Source of the DNA: Scyliorhinus canicula
Taxonomy: Eukaryota
Assembly: GCF_902713615.1 (NCBI RefSeq)
Contig: NC_052149.1
Location: 63,229,443-63,293,442 of the forward strand
Length of the DNA stretch: 64,000 nucleotides
Reading direction: 5' to 3'
Positions 26,094 through 38,812 of the stretch are shown piece after piece; position 1 is the stretch's first letter, and each line of letters begins with the position of its first letter. The position numbers were made by a program, and so were the translations under genes. Below the pieces are notes generated by a model. The model was given only the letters and a program-made list of their open reading frames with translations. It was not told the origin of the DNA and did no database searches.

Positions 26094-28249
26094 GGCGTGA
26101 TTCTTTGGTCTTGTTGCACTCGCGCTCAAGCGCAACGGGACCAGTGAATAGCAGGAGAGTCAGAAAACAAGAACCACACCAGGCGCCAAATCGTTTGAGG
26201 TGCAGCTGGCCCACTCTTGTGGGCAAAACTGAAATCCTGACGTAGCGTGGCAAGAAACCAATTATCACCACTTAGGCCTATTCCATACAATTGATGGGAA
26301 CCATCCCACATCCAGTGGCCTCCCTTGATTCAGTGGCATCCCCAGCTTGTGGTCACACTGTAGCTGATTTGTACTCTTGTCGAAAAACATGAACCTGATG
26401 GATGGGCTACTGTGGGGAGCCAAGGAGGTGGCAGCCATCTTTGCTCACGCACAGTGAACCTCAGGGCACTGGGCATGCTGCCCCTGTGCTCAGGAGGGGG
26501 AGGTGGACAACGGGGGGGGGGGGGGGGGGAAGGGAGGGGGATGCAGCAGGTTAGGGGTGGGCCGCCATAGGTGGAGTCTGCAGGATGGTGGGGTGGGGGG
26601 GGGGGTGGGGGGGAATGTGCATGGGTCAGCTGTGCCAACCCCTGGACCTTGTGTTCCTGTACTGGAGGCAACCCTAGCATCTGCATGTCTGCCTCAATGA
26701 CCATCCATACCTCCCACTGACCGCGGAGGCCTCTGGCCTTGCAGCTGAAGGCTATTGCTAATAAGGAATTGGCAATCATAGTTAAGTTTACACTTTACAC
26801 ACCTTACGCACTTACTCAAGTCCATAGGATGGGTGTCCAGTTTTCCATCCAGCGTTCTCTCATTCCGGTCGTGCCCATGAAGTCCTGGGTTTCACCTCGG
26901 GACGGAGGAGCAGCTGGATTAAACCCCGGCTGCCCCTGCATCATCTGACTCTGCCAGCCCTGGCGGTCCCCAATGTCTGTACCATGGTGTTGAAGCCCTT
27001 GACGATGCTCTTCAGTGCCTACCTGTGACTGGGACAAGCTCCATAGCACCTCGGCCCTTCTCATCTGAGAACGGGACATGTCCCGCAGCACCTCACCAAG
27101 GTCAGCTTGGTACTGAGTCACATCCCCCCATCAAGTCAGACAGCCATGGCCTCACTGACTGCGCAATGCCTCGGACACCTACGCTCATGCTGTCAACGTC
27201 GTGCATCAGGCTCTCCACTGCGATCGGCATGCTAGTAGTGTTGGCCTCGGTGCCTCACATTGCTAGCGACATCTCCTGAACCCCTAGCCTCTGGGACTCC
27301 TCTAATCGGCTATGGACCTGCTGGAGTGTCACTGACATCTCCCTCTGAATGTCCTGGCTGCACCCTAATATCTCCATCAGCTCCGGGTAATCCACTTCCA
27401 AAGGCTCAGCATCAGGCTGGGACCCAGCTGGGTCCTGGGATCCAGCAGCCCTCCGAGTGTTGTCTCACCTGGACGTTACTACCTCCACCAGATGTACATC
27501 AGCGACTTTGTGGTGCTCACCAGATTGTGCCCAGAGCCTTTCCACTAACAATGCCTGCCGAGGTGCGGGTGGCTGCGCTGGTGGAGGGTGGGGATGACAG
27601 CTGTGACGCGTCGATTGTGGCATCCTTGGAGGTCTCCTCCACGGTGGTCTCATCGGAGGCAGGGGAGGGGAGCCACCTCAGATGGGCCAGCGCTGTCAGC
27701 TGGAGGATCTGCAGAGGAATGAAAATATGGTCAATGGGACGGATGGTTCAGTCTGTATGGCAATAACAACTCATATGTGACAGTCCATCCAGGTGAGGCT
27801 CGGTGGATCCTCATATCTGCGGCGTGCACCGACCTCCGCATTAGTGACCGCTTTGACCTCGGCCGCCCCCGGAAACACCAGACCTCGTTCTTCGAAGGTC
27901 GTGAGGCTTCTTTTATCAGACACCCCCCTGCCAGTCTGGGCCCTCTCCCGACGATTGTGGGAGTGCTTCTCCTGCAGAGACACAGAGAGGGCAGTGTCTC
28001 CAAACCTTGGGCCTGGTCGCCGCTGTGCTATGGCTGCGAGCTGATTGGGGTTGGTTGTGCAAGTGCTGTTTAAGTGCTGCTCGTCCTTGTTAGCAGGGGG
28101 CTGGCGAGCGCGGTTCTTTCGAATTGGCTGGTAAACTTTCATTTGCGGTGCTAAGCCCATGAGGCCTCATTAAGTGGACCAATTGACATAAAATAGTGTT
28201 TATGGAAGCTCTCTGCCACACTTAGAAATCTTTCCGGAGAATTACGCCC
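26094..28249 (-). mobile_element. Harbinger deletion derivative with a Myb/SANT-gene remnant
   Basis: TIRs ggcgtgattct / agaattacgccc; TSD TAT; RRPGPRFGD and exon EKHSHNRRERAQTG...LTTFEER homologous to 46191-46348. Confidence 0.8.
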
Positions 28250-28833
28250 TATGTATAAAAGCTCAGTCTGAGTGGGAGCTGGGCAGAGAAGTACCCTCTG
28301 GGATCTTTGGACATCATGTAAATAGTTACCTATATAATAAGTAACAAGCTTCTATCCGCTCTCGTGTGGACTCTTCTGTGGTCACAATAATGACTATTCA
28401 TTTGCTTTTGAGACCATTAACTATCCCGTGAATGCCAGGTGATAGAAGTGAATATTTACCTCTCTGTGTTCTGCCCCTCCTGAAATATACAGTAAAAGCT
28501 GAATGACATTCCCAGTTTTACTTTGTTGGGGATTGTTTCCTGACAATACTTCGATTGGATGGTTCTCGCATTGGCCTGATCAGACCGTGAACACCACAGA
28601 AACAAGATACATTTCTCACATGCCTGCTGGGAAATATGGCAGCAACCTCCCAAAGCCCATTACAGCACCAGAGAGTCTGACACACTCAGCAGCCACGAGA
28701 ATCCCAGGAAATGCAGTTCCAACTCCCCCTCGTATGACACAGAGTAGTGGATGGCAATTTAAATCGTTGTTTCATCTGTTTTTAAATCTTTCCACTCGTT
28801 GCTATTGTTTCAACCCCAGTTGCCAGCTGCTTA

Positions 28834-29590
28834 TTGGATTGGATTGGATTGGATTTGTTTATTGTCACGTGTACCGAGGTACAGTGAAAAGTATTTTTCT
28901 GCAAGCAGCTCAACAGATCATTCAGTACATTGGAAGAAAGGGAATTGAACAGAATTCAAGAAAGTACATGAGAATACATAATAGGGCTACACAATATATA
29001 CAATGTAACTACATAAGCATTGGCATCGGATGAAGCAGACAGGGTGTAGTATTAATGAGGACAGTCCATAAAAGGGTCGTTTAGGAGTCTGGTGACAGTG
29101 GGGAAGAAGCTGTTTTTGAGTCTGTTCGTCCGTGTTCTCAGACTTCTGAATCTCCTGCCCGATGGAAGAAGTTGGAAAAGTGAGTAAGCCGGGTGGGAGG
29201 GATCCTTGATTATGCTGCCTGCTTTCCCCCGGCAGCGGGAGGTGTAGATGGAATCGATGGATGGGAGGCAGGTTCGTATGATGGACTGGGCGGTATTCAC
29301 GACTCTCTGAAGTTCCTTGCGGTCCTGGGCCGAGCAGTTGCCATACCAGGCTGTGATGCAGCCCGAGAGGATGCTCTCTATAGTGCATCTGTAAAAGTTG
29401 GTAAGGGTTAATGTGGACATGCCAAATTTCCTTAGTTTCCTGAGGAAGTAAAGGCGCTGTTGTGCTTTCTTGGTGATAGCGTCGACATGAGTGGACCAGG
29501 ATAGATTTTTGGTGATGTGCACCCCTAGGAATTTGAAGCTGCTCACCATCTCTACCTCAGCTCCGTTGATGCTGACAGGGGTGTGACTGC
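28834..29590 (-). mobile_element. Rex1/Babar LINE, 5'-truncated, open ORF2 C-terminus
   Basis: FKFLGVHITKNLSW...AQQRLYFLRKLRKFG...DPSHP...LPSGRRFRS...NSFFP; (aatcc)n tail. Confidence 0.92.
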
Positions 29591-30907
29591 CATCATGGGA
29601 AAAAATGTGTGTAAAATATATCAAAAGGGAACCGATGTTCACAGTGGGTCCCTTTTTCCATTGTCTATGATTGCAGCCAGTATAGAATTTCAAAGTATTG
29701 CTATCCATAGTGCCCTGGGCCTCTAGGTGTGTGAATTAGACCAAGCACTTTATTCCTCCCAATTATGATGCCTTGAATCTTGATTCAGTTCTCTTCTGTT
29801 GCTAAATTCCAGGCATGTTTCAACAGTATGTGAGCAAATAAAACACTTACTGAACATCAGAAATCAAAATCAGTGAATTACATACACTGACAATATAATG
29901 CATGCATTTTCGGCTCACAACAGTTATAGTCTGTTATATTTAGTCTTTGCTGAAAAGATTGTGAAACTTGTGGTCTAATGAGAGAGTGTATTACCGGTAC
30001 TCTTGCACATTTCATTTGAAAAGCAAGTACAAAATCACTCTGGGTCGCTGATCCATGTACACACAGTTCCTTTTCGGCTGAAGGGTTAATTTGTGGCACT
30101 TTTTTTAACCACACAGAAACCCCGCGGGGGAACCCCACAAACCTACAGCTGTGCTACTTTGTCAAAAGAAATGACTGCATTTTCATTTCTTGATCTTAAA
30201 AGTCTTGATCATTCATTGCTCTCTGAAGTAAAAGTGTTGTGTGTGTAAAGAATGTATTGTAGACCTATCATCAATGGTAGAGAATGTTAAATTGTCCAAA
30301 AACGTCATGTTATTTTTTCCAGTGAAGAAGGCAGAAAACCCCCTCAATTTTCTGATGCCAACCAAGCTGTTGCTTACTTTGTAGCATATGTTGCTAAGAG
30401 ATCGTGCTGTTTTTGCTTATTTTTCTCCCTCGGGGACATTTCACAACCCTGTGTACTATAGAATGCTCTTTGTAACACATCTGTTTTAAATTTTCTCTTT
30501 TGAGGCAGACCACTGTTCCTGACCTGGTCTGCAAAGTGTGATATTGTATTCCCAAGTCAGAGCATATGCAAGCTGTCTTTGAAGTAATTTAGAACTGTAC
30601 AAATAAATAAAGAGTTTGTGATCAAGATCAGAATACCCTGAGGCTAATTATTTGGTTTGAATGAGGGCACATGAGATAATCTCCATTGATGCATTCTGAT
30701 GGGTTTGTATTATCTTGTTTTGATTGTTCTTCAGTTGATTGTGTTATTATAAATTGTAGAGAGAGAAGAGCTTTCTTGTGCCCAACGTTTAACGTGGACA
30801 TTCCAGTCTAATTACCCACTCCACCCAGGTTGGAGGAGGATTGCAGAGAGCAAATGACCCATTTTGGAAGTAACATTTTCAGAGTACCCACTGATGTTAG
30901 GCACCAT

Positions 30908-31093
30908 GGGTGGGATTCTTCGGCCTCCCGGTTACGGGGTTTCCCAGCAGCGGGAGGTGGTGTACCCGCCGCTGTCAGTGGAAATTCCCATTGAAGCCAT
31001 CGCTCGCTACCTGGAAACTCGTGGGCGGGGGGTGTGCTGCCGGGCGGGAGCAGAAAATCCCACTGCCAGAGAGTGGAGGGAGAATTCCTGCCC
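30908..31093. mobile_element. Short Harbinger-type MITE
   Basis: TIRs gggtgggattc / gaattcctgccc; CAT/ATG flanks. Confidence 0.7.
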
Positions 31094-31589
31094 ATGTAAC
31101 AGTGGAATGAGTAGAACTATTACTCATTTAACAAAGGCACAATTCAAGGCTGAATGTTATGTTCAAACACAAAAACTTGCATTTACTTGGCCCTTTATAG
31201 GTGCAACAGCATGTCATTTGACTTCACAAAGCTGTAATTTGAATATGGATGCCAAGCCAAAGAATGAGCTATGAGGGAGAAGTGAACATAAGCTTGGTCA
31301 AAGGAGTGGATTTCGAGAGGGGATTTTGAGCTGAGGCCGGTGGAAAGGTGTCGAGGAAGCTGTCTGGCCAGCTAAAGGTATGGATGCAATAGAGTTGCCA
31401 AAACAGATGTTGGGGAAATGACCACACTTTCAACAGTCGATCCACATGTTGTATAACATATTGTCATTGGATCTAAAATGTTGTGACGCAACCATGGTTT
31501 GTAAATAGTTATTTTGAAAGCCTATTATTAGGTGGTCATACAGTCTGAACACAGCTTAACCTTAAGCTGCAGGCTATGTGAACTGTGTT

Positions 31590-33570
31590 GCTATCTTTTC
31601 AATTTCTTCAGCGATCACTCGCTAACGAGCATGATTGTCCACATGAGAAACTCCATGTTACTGGTCATGGGTTCTATGGGTCCTGATGAGCCTGATTCTA
31701 GAGGCGCATCTTCGACTGCACACTTGGCAGGTGTTTCTGGGAAGTGGGGTCGGTTCTTGGATGATAGATCACTGGTATTCCTTTCTTGAGTTTGTTTTCC
31801 AGGACTCCTCTTGCTGTCAGGTGTCCTTAAGAATTGAGTCCCTTCAATCACGAGGTTCCTCCAAATAAGTCTCTTCTGATCAAGGGTCTCCCAGGCGTTG
31901 ACATCGATATAGCATTTCTTGAGGTAAGCCTTCAGAGCGTCTTTGAAGTGTTTCCTTTCTCCTCCTCTTATTCGGTAGCCTTCTTTGAACTGGGCAAAGA
32001 AGATTTGCTTTCGCAGTTGGGGCTCTGACTCCTAAGCACATGGCCGGCCCAGCAGAATTAGTTTCGATGATTGTGGCCTCAATGTTGATGCTCTTGCTCC
32101 CTCAAGGGTGCTGATGTTAATACACTTCTCCTCCCAGCAGTCGCAGAGAAGCTATCTCAGACAGCATTGATGGTACCTCTCCAGGGCCTTGAGGTGGCAT
32201 CTGTTTGTGGTTGAAGTTTCTGAGCCGTATATAAGAGGGGGAAGGACGACTGCCTTGTACACGAGGATCTTGGTGTCAACATAAATGTTCTGCTCGTCAA
32301 AGACTCTCGTCATTAGGCATCTGAAGGAGATGCTCACAGATTGGATACAATGTTAGACCTCCACACCAATGTCAGCCTTAGATGAGAGGTGGCACCCCAG
32401 GTTGGGGAAATGTCCCACGTTTGGCAGGGTTTCTCCATTGATCTTGGGCGGCACAGTACACAGAGTTAGCACTGTTGCTTCACATCACCAGGGACCCGGG
32501 TTTGATTACTGGCTTGGATCACTGTCTTTGCCGAAGCTGCATGCTCTCCCTGTGTCTGTGTGGGTTTCCTCTGGATGCTCCGGTTCCATCCCACAGATCC
32601 CAAAAGATGCCCTTGTCAGGTGAATTGGACATTCTGAATTCCCTCTCAGTGTATCCGAACAGGTGCTGGAATGTGGTGACTAGGGGATTTTCACAGTAAC
32701 TTAATTGCAGCGTTAATGTAAGCTTATTTGTGACATTAATCAAGATTATGATTATAATTATGATGGAGGGAGAGATTGCATCTTGACCTGGGATGGGTTG
32801 GTAAAGAACTTGCGTCTTTTTGAGATTGGGGCTGAGACCGATTCTTTTGTATGCTTCTGTGAAGGTATCAAGCATGACTTGGAGGTTCTCTTCTGTGAGA
32901 GTGGAGATGGAAATGTCATCCACATGCTAAAGTTCCACGAGCAATATCAGTGTTATTTTCTTCTTGGATTACAACCCGTTGAGGTAGAAAAGTTTTCCGT
33001 CCATCCTGTAAACGATGTCCATTCCACTGAGAAACTTGTTTTTGACAAGTTGAAGGATAGTGGCGATGAAGATGCAGAAAAGGTTGGGGCCAATGATCCA
33101 TCCCTGCTTGAATCCAGTCTTGACCTCAAAGGTTTCTGTCTTATTTCTGTTGGTGAAGACTCTCGCCGACATCTTGTCGTGGAGGAGTTGGAAGCTGTTG
33201 ATGAATTTCTCTGGGCAGCCGGCCTCTGACAGGGTCTTCTACAGCACTTCCTGCATGACTGAGTCAAAAGCCTTGATCAGATCAATGAAGGCCATGTAGA
33301 GTGGCTGATGCTGGTCCTGGCATATCTCTTGAAGTTGTTGAGCAGTGAGAATTATGTTCGCGGTTCCATGACCAACACTGGATTTCCTAAAGGATTTCTT
33401 CAGAGACTGGTAGAAGGCGGCTAATGAAGCTTCGGTGATGATCTTCCTGATGATGGACAGTAGGGAGATTCCTTGGTCGTTGCCTCAGTCCACTCTGACT
33501 CCTATCTTGAAGTTGGTGGTGATGACGGCTTCCTGAGATCAGCAGAAATTACTTCTCTGTCTCAGATGTA
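31590..33570 (-). mobile_element. RTE-clade LINE ORF2 fragment
   Basis: FIDLIKAFDSV, VKTGFKQG...PNLF, LQVMLDTFTEAY..IGL, TKILVYKAVVLP.L.YGSET. Confidence 0.85.
32446..32760 (+). mobile_element. V-SINE with Rex1-like tail, inserted in RTE
   Basis: tRNA head, V core, ttttcacagtaac...gtgaca tail and (att)n. Confidence 0.85.
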
Positions 33571-34245
33571 CCTGGCAGTGTCAACTTGGCAATGCTAACC
33601 TGTACCAGGGACTATACTTAATTTTGCATCCTCGTACTGATCCCCTCGATTGAAGCTTGTTTTAAAAGAACTGTTGTAAACCTGGCCGCGTGATGTCAAG
33701 TCGGTGAGATTTGGATATTCAGTGAGGGGGGATATCATATGATGGCGGGGGGGGGGGGGGGGGGGGGGGGTGATATCACTGGTGAGGGGTGGGAAAAATT
33801 GGGAAACGTTTCCAGATTCTCTCCGGATTTTCTACCTGCGTCACTGTTCTCTCTGTTGGTGAATGCGGGCTGAAAATCGCCCCCCTGATCTACCCTACTT
33901 ACATGGCAATGCAGCTCAAACATAGAGAAGATCCCCAATGTCATTTGACTAACAAAAGGAAAAACTCCTGTATTTAAAGAATTTGAGTTTCCCTTGTCCT
34001 CACCAACCCCTCCACCATAGCCCTCACATTCAATGGATTATGCTCTGCCGTTTCAACCACTTACAATCTGACGTCGCCAGCAACCAAATTTTTCCCGACC
34101 TCCTTCAGCCTTCTATAGGGACTGTTCCCTCTCTGATATCCTGGTCCACTTTTCCGAACCCATTCCCCTTCCCACGACACCATCCCATGCAACTACGAGA
34201 CACCTGCCATTTTACCTTCTCCCTCCCCACCATTCAGGCTTCAAA

Positions 34246-34591
34246 GGGCAGCACGGTAGCATTGTGGATAGCACAATCGCTTCACAGCTCCAGGGTCCCA
34301 GGTTCGATTCCGGCTTGGGTCACTGTCTGTGTGGAGTCTGCACATCCTCCCCGTGTGTGCGTGGGTTTCCTCCGGGTGCTCCGGTTTCCTCCCACAGTCC
34401 AAAGATGTGCAGGTTAGGTGAATTGGACATGATAAATTGCCCTTAGTGTCCAAAATTGCCCTTAGTGTTGGGTGGGGTTACTGGGTTATGGGGATAGGGT
34501 GGAGGTGTTAACCTTGGGTAGGGTGCTCTTTCCAGGAGCCGGTGCAGACTTGATGGGCCAAATGGCCTCCTTCTGCACTGTAAATTCTATG
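34246..34591 (+). mobile_element. HE1-type V-SINE, full length
   Basis: tRNA head, V core, CR1-like tail. Confidence 0.92.
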
Positions 34592-34612
34592 AAATTCACC
34601 TGCCAGGTGAAT

Positions 34613-34800
34613 CATAGAATTTACAGTGCAGAAGGAGGCCATTCGGCCCATCGAGTCTGCACTGGCTCTTGGTAAAAGCACTCCACTTAATCCCATGCCT
34701 CCGCCCTATCCCTGTAACCCAGTAACCCCACATCACCTTTTTTGGACACTAAGGGCAATTTATCATGGCCAATCCACCTAATCTGCACATCTTTGGACTG
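34613..34800 (-). mobile_element. HE1-type V-SINE, 5'-truncated, tail-to-tail with the preceding copy
   Basis: Reverse complement of the HE1 3' half. Confidence 0.9.
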
Positions 34801-34839
34801 AATAAATGATTCACATGTACTTCTCTCAATCAATATATT

Positions 34840-34977
34840 GATCGGGATTATCTGTCCATTCTCGGCAGCGGGATTCTCCTGTCCTACTGCAGGGAATGGG
34901 AGATTTTGGCTGAGTGCTAAATTCTCCACCCTTGCCAGCAACGGTAGCGGGCGATCTCGCAATGGAGAATCCAACCC
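34840..34977. mobile_element. Short Harbinger-type MITE
   Basis: Termini gatcgggattatc / gagaatccaaccc; TSD ATT. Confidence 0.7.
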
Positions 34978-35344
34978 ATTGTATTCACTGCTCACAACTC
35001 AGTCTCCTCTGCACTGGCGAAAAAAACACTGATAGCTTGATTGCTCTGCCTACCTCCAGTCCGCCTGCACGTGTGACTCCAAGCTTCTCGTCGACTGCCA
35101 TTTTACTTCTCTGCTCCACTTGCACACTGGCCCTGGCCTCCTTCATTATTTCAATGAAGCTCAACAGAAGCTCAAAGACCCTCAACATTTGATTGGGAAC
35201 TTTACCGCCTTCCAGATTCAAAGCTGAGTTCAACAATTTCAGATCATACCATCACTCGCAGTTTTTCAGATATCAGCTTCCAGTGATAATTCTGAAGGGG
35301 CCTTTTTCAGCTCCTCTAGAGCCATGTTTTGCTTGACGGCTTAT

Positions 35345-35586
35345 AACCAGCCTGTTGATAAGATCATGACTGATCAGATTGTGGCCTTAACTTTACTTTC
35401 CTGCCTATCCCTTACACCCTTTGACTTCCTTGTCAATTAAAATGTATCCACTCAGCCATAAAAATATTCAAGAATACTTCCTCTGCTGTTCTCTGGCGAA
35501 GAGACTATTGACCCTCTGAGAGAAAAAAAATCTCCTCATCTCCATCTTAAATAAGAGACCCCTTATTTTTAAGCTGTGCCCCAAGT
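35345..35586 (-). mobile_element. CR1 3' fragment
   Basis: Similar to 5758-5965 and 63320-63815. Confidence 0.65.
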
Positions 35587-35816
35587 GTTACAACCACGTG
35601 AGGAGGGGTAAAAATTGACTCCCCTAGTTTACCACTGCAGGTTGGATCAAAACACGGATTTGTTGCCTAATTAACGAGGAAGCAGTTTGCCAAAACTGCA
35701 GGAGTGCCACTATATACGATTTCAGATTATAGAGAAATAATCAGACAGATTTCCGGATAAAATAAAGAGCAAGATAAATTTATTGACTGTACTTCCTGAA
35801 TAATAAAAAAAACTAG

Positions 35817-36066
35817 AAGTGCGATTCAGCAACCCTGTGCGCTGGAACACCCGATCCATGCTGAGACTTGCGCAAGAGCCCCAAATCGGGCTCCATGCCA
35901 GTGAAAGGCCGATTGCGATCACCCAACTTGCTCTGCATGATCCAATCTGGATATTGCCCTTGATCGCTCCTCACTCTCTTGGTAAATGGTCCTAACAGCC
36001 ATGCTGTCTGTATATTCCAGACGAATTTGATTACTATTTTGAACATTTGTGAGCTGAATCGCACCC
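35817..36066. mobile_element. MITE containing a copy of nearby sequence
   Basis: TIRs aagtgcgattcagc / gctgaatcgcaccc (12/14); internal 35961-36037 matches 36435-36511. Confidence 0.65.
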
Positions 36067-36899
36067 TTGGAAAATTGCAACCATCATTCGTACGTCACTC
36101 TCATTCCCTGAGCCCACTCGCAGAAAAGCGTGGTAGAAAATGAGGATAATATTGTTTAGTTTGTGAAGAAAATAAACAACTAAAATTTTTTACAGTTAAC
36201 TTTTCTTTGCCTGTTCTCCAAGCAGTGGTTCCACGTTACGGCTATTTTGTTCAGTTGTCTACCTGGGTATTGTTGTATGGAGCAGATTTTCATGTTGATC
36301 CTGAAAAGATCTTGGTTTGCAGTAGATTTCTCTCCAAAGGATGGTTACTGTGCAATATTCATGTGCAATATTTCTGAGAGAAAGAGAGGGAGAGAGAAAC
36401 ACACAGCTATTTGCAGTTTTTCAGGATAATCCTCTGGTCTCTCCTCACTCTCTTGGTAAATGGCCCCAACAGCCATGCTGGCTGTATATTCCAGAGGAAT
36501 TTGATTACTATGTTCATTTCTCTGGTCCTCTCGCCCACTCCAAGCTGTCTCATTCTGAACTTGCTGTACTCAGTTCTCTCAGGTTCAACCCTGACTTTGT
36601 TAGCAAAGTTTTTAAGCAGCATAAACCCATCACATTTCTACCTTTCTTTAGCTCTGAAGAAGAGTCCGATGGACTCAAAACATTAACTGAGTTACATTTG
36701 CCACAGATGCTGCCATACTACCTGATGAGTTTTTCTAGCATTTTCTGCTTATGATGGGGCCTTTCACGCTCCCCCATGGGGATTGAGTGTCTGTTCCCTT
36801 TCATCCCACATGGGTGGAATGCAATGTTGTATTTTTTTAAAACATTTTCATTCAGAATTTTTTTGAAATGATCACAGTCATCCATGGAGAGGGCAATGA

Positions 36900-37128
36900 T
36901 TTTAAAAAAAAATTTCTTTCATAGATTTAGATTAGCCAATTCACTGTTTCCAATTAAGGGGCAGTTTAGTGTGGCCAATCCACTTAGTCTGCACATTTTT
37001 GGGTTGTGGGGGGCGAAACCCAGGCAAACACAGGGAGAATGTGCAAACTCCACATGGACAAGAGCCGGGATCAAACCTGGGACCTCAACGCCGTGAGACA
37101 ACAGGGCTAACTGCAGCACCGTGGTGCC
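36900..37128 (-). mobile_element. V-SINE (A-tailed type)
   Basis: V core; TSD gagg(g/a)caatgat. Confidence 0.85.
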
Positions 37129-37488
37129 CTAAGAGGACAATGATGACACAGGGGTCCCTGCTATTTTCTCCCCTCCTGTGACACGAGGGCCTTCCAAGTC
37201 AGACGAGGACCCCTTATTTGATTTCTTCAGTGTAGTATAACCTTCTGACATCACACATTCGGAGGAACCAAAACACTGAAATTACACCACCTAAATGGGA
37301 ATGTTAAAGGCACTACAGGGGCCAGACTACCCAAGCAAGAACCACCTTATGTGCGACCGTTCACCTCATGGCCATCACTAGAAGTCTCATCAAAGTGTAT
37401 TTTCTGGCTGCTTGACAATAGCTCCATTGTCTTACTGGAATCGCAGTTTATTAAAATTCCAGTCAGTAAAAAAGCTATCAGAGATTGT

Positions 37489-38346
37489 GGGCGCAATCCA
37501 GTGGCCTCGTCGCGGCCGACTTGGTGTTGGGACGAGGCCCTTGAATCTTGATATGTCTTCTGAGATTCAATGGAATCTCACGAGATGTCATGATCTGGAC
37601 CTCGCTCTTGCTGGGCTAGATCCAAATATACATATTTAAATGGTCATGCTCATTCAAATTTGTGTTCGGCAGATTCTCCCGACACCTGGGACCTAACGGC
37701 TGTGCCTGGGAGACCTCGCCAGGGCGCAGGGTCCATAGAAACGTGCACCAGTCATAACTGCAGCTGGGGGAGCGGGGGTCTCCCAGGCCTTTGGAGATGC
37801 CTGGGTTGTTGGGCATTGGGCAGGGTAGCACACTGGCACTCCTGCTGTCATCTTGGCACTGCCACTTTGGCACCTTAGCACTTCCACTTGTGTGCCGGGC
37901 AGTGCCACTCTGGCACTGCCAGGGTGCCTGCCTGACACTGCCAGAGTGACAGGAGCACTACTAGGGTGCCAGGCTGGCAGTGCCAAGGTGCCCAGGTGCC
38001 AGGTTACCCGGGCCAGGGGTGCCTTGCTCATTAGAGGTAGGGTGAAGGGGCTGGTGGGTTTGGTGACCACTGGAGTGGCAAGTTGGTTGAAGTGTGGAGT
38101 CCGGACGCAGCGGTGGGCTAGCTGAAGCGGGTTGAAAGATTGGGACTGCCTTTAAAAATGGCACCCCTATCCATGATTAGTCTCCCTGCACTGACGAACT
38201 GACGTTGCCAGTGCAGGAAATGACATAATAGAAATGGCAAAGCACCGATGAATTGTGGGGTCTTTCTCTGCACTGCACGTGTTGAGAAATACCCCACTAA
38301 ACATGCCTGAAACTGGACATAGAAATGTTTTGGTTGAATTGCACTC
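37489..38346. mobile_element. Harbinger-like MITE, second family
   Basis: TIRs gggcgcaatcca / tgaattgcactc; TGGCA/TGCCA-rich core. Confidence 0.7.
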
Positions 38347-38502
38347 TTTATTTCTATCTTTTAAAAAAACACATCCTCGTAACACTAGTCCTAATGTCTC
38401 ACATAAGGTGAAACATCCATTTGGTATCCACCCTGTCAAGTCCCTTCAATTGCACCGAATTGTAATTATCATGTACAGATTTTAAGGACAAAGTGTTCTA
38501 AA

Positions 38503-38812
38503 ACACGGTAGCATTGTGGATAGCACAATTGCTTCACAGCTCTCGGGTCCCAGGTTCGATTCCGACTTGGGTCACTGTCTGTGCGGAGTCTGCACATCCT
38601 CCCCGTGTGTGTGTGGGTTTCCTCCGGGTGCTCCGGTTTCCTCCCACAGTCCAAAGATGTGCAGGTTAGGTGGATTGGCCATGATAAATTGCCCTTAGTG
38701 TCCAAAATTGCCCTTAGTGTTGGGTGGGGTTACCTTGGGTAGGGTACTCTTTCCAGGAGCCGGTGCGGACTCGATGGGCCGAATGGCCTCCTTCTGCACT
38801 GTAAATTCTATG
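38503..38812 (+). mobile_element. HE1-type V-SINE
   Basis: Very similar to 34246-34591, with an internal deletion. Confidence 0.9.

Larger units (their letters stand above)
24424..28389 (+). mobile_element. Heavily deleted Gypsy element: partial 5' LTR 24424-24565, PBS, gag fragment, 3' LTR 25978-26093 plus 28250-28389
   Basis: Direct repeat 24431-24562 / 28252-28385; PBS tggcaacgagg; gag-like YFLRANAI...ILLTACG...FSII; purine tract near 25967. Confidence 0.7.
33990..35235 (+). mobile_element. Penelope-like element fragment interrupted by two SINEs and a MITE
   Basis: GIY-YIG-like remnant (YCIHCSQLSLL.TGE) and a recognisable 3' region. Confidence 0.6.

Noticed and set aside
28503-29033. 176-aa ORF as a host gene
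   Set aside because: No recognisable domain; it runs antisense through the Rex1 microsatellite tail
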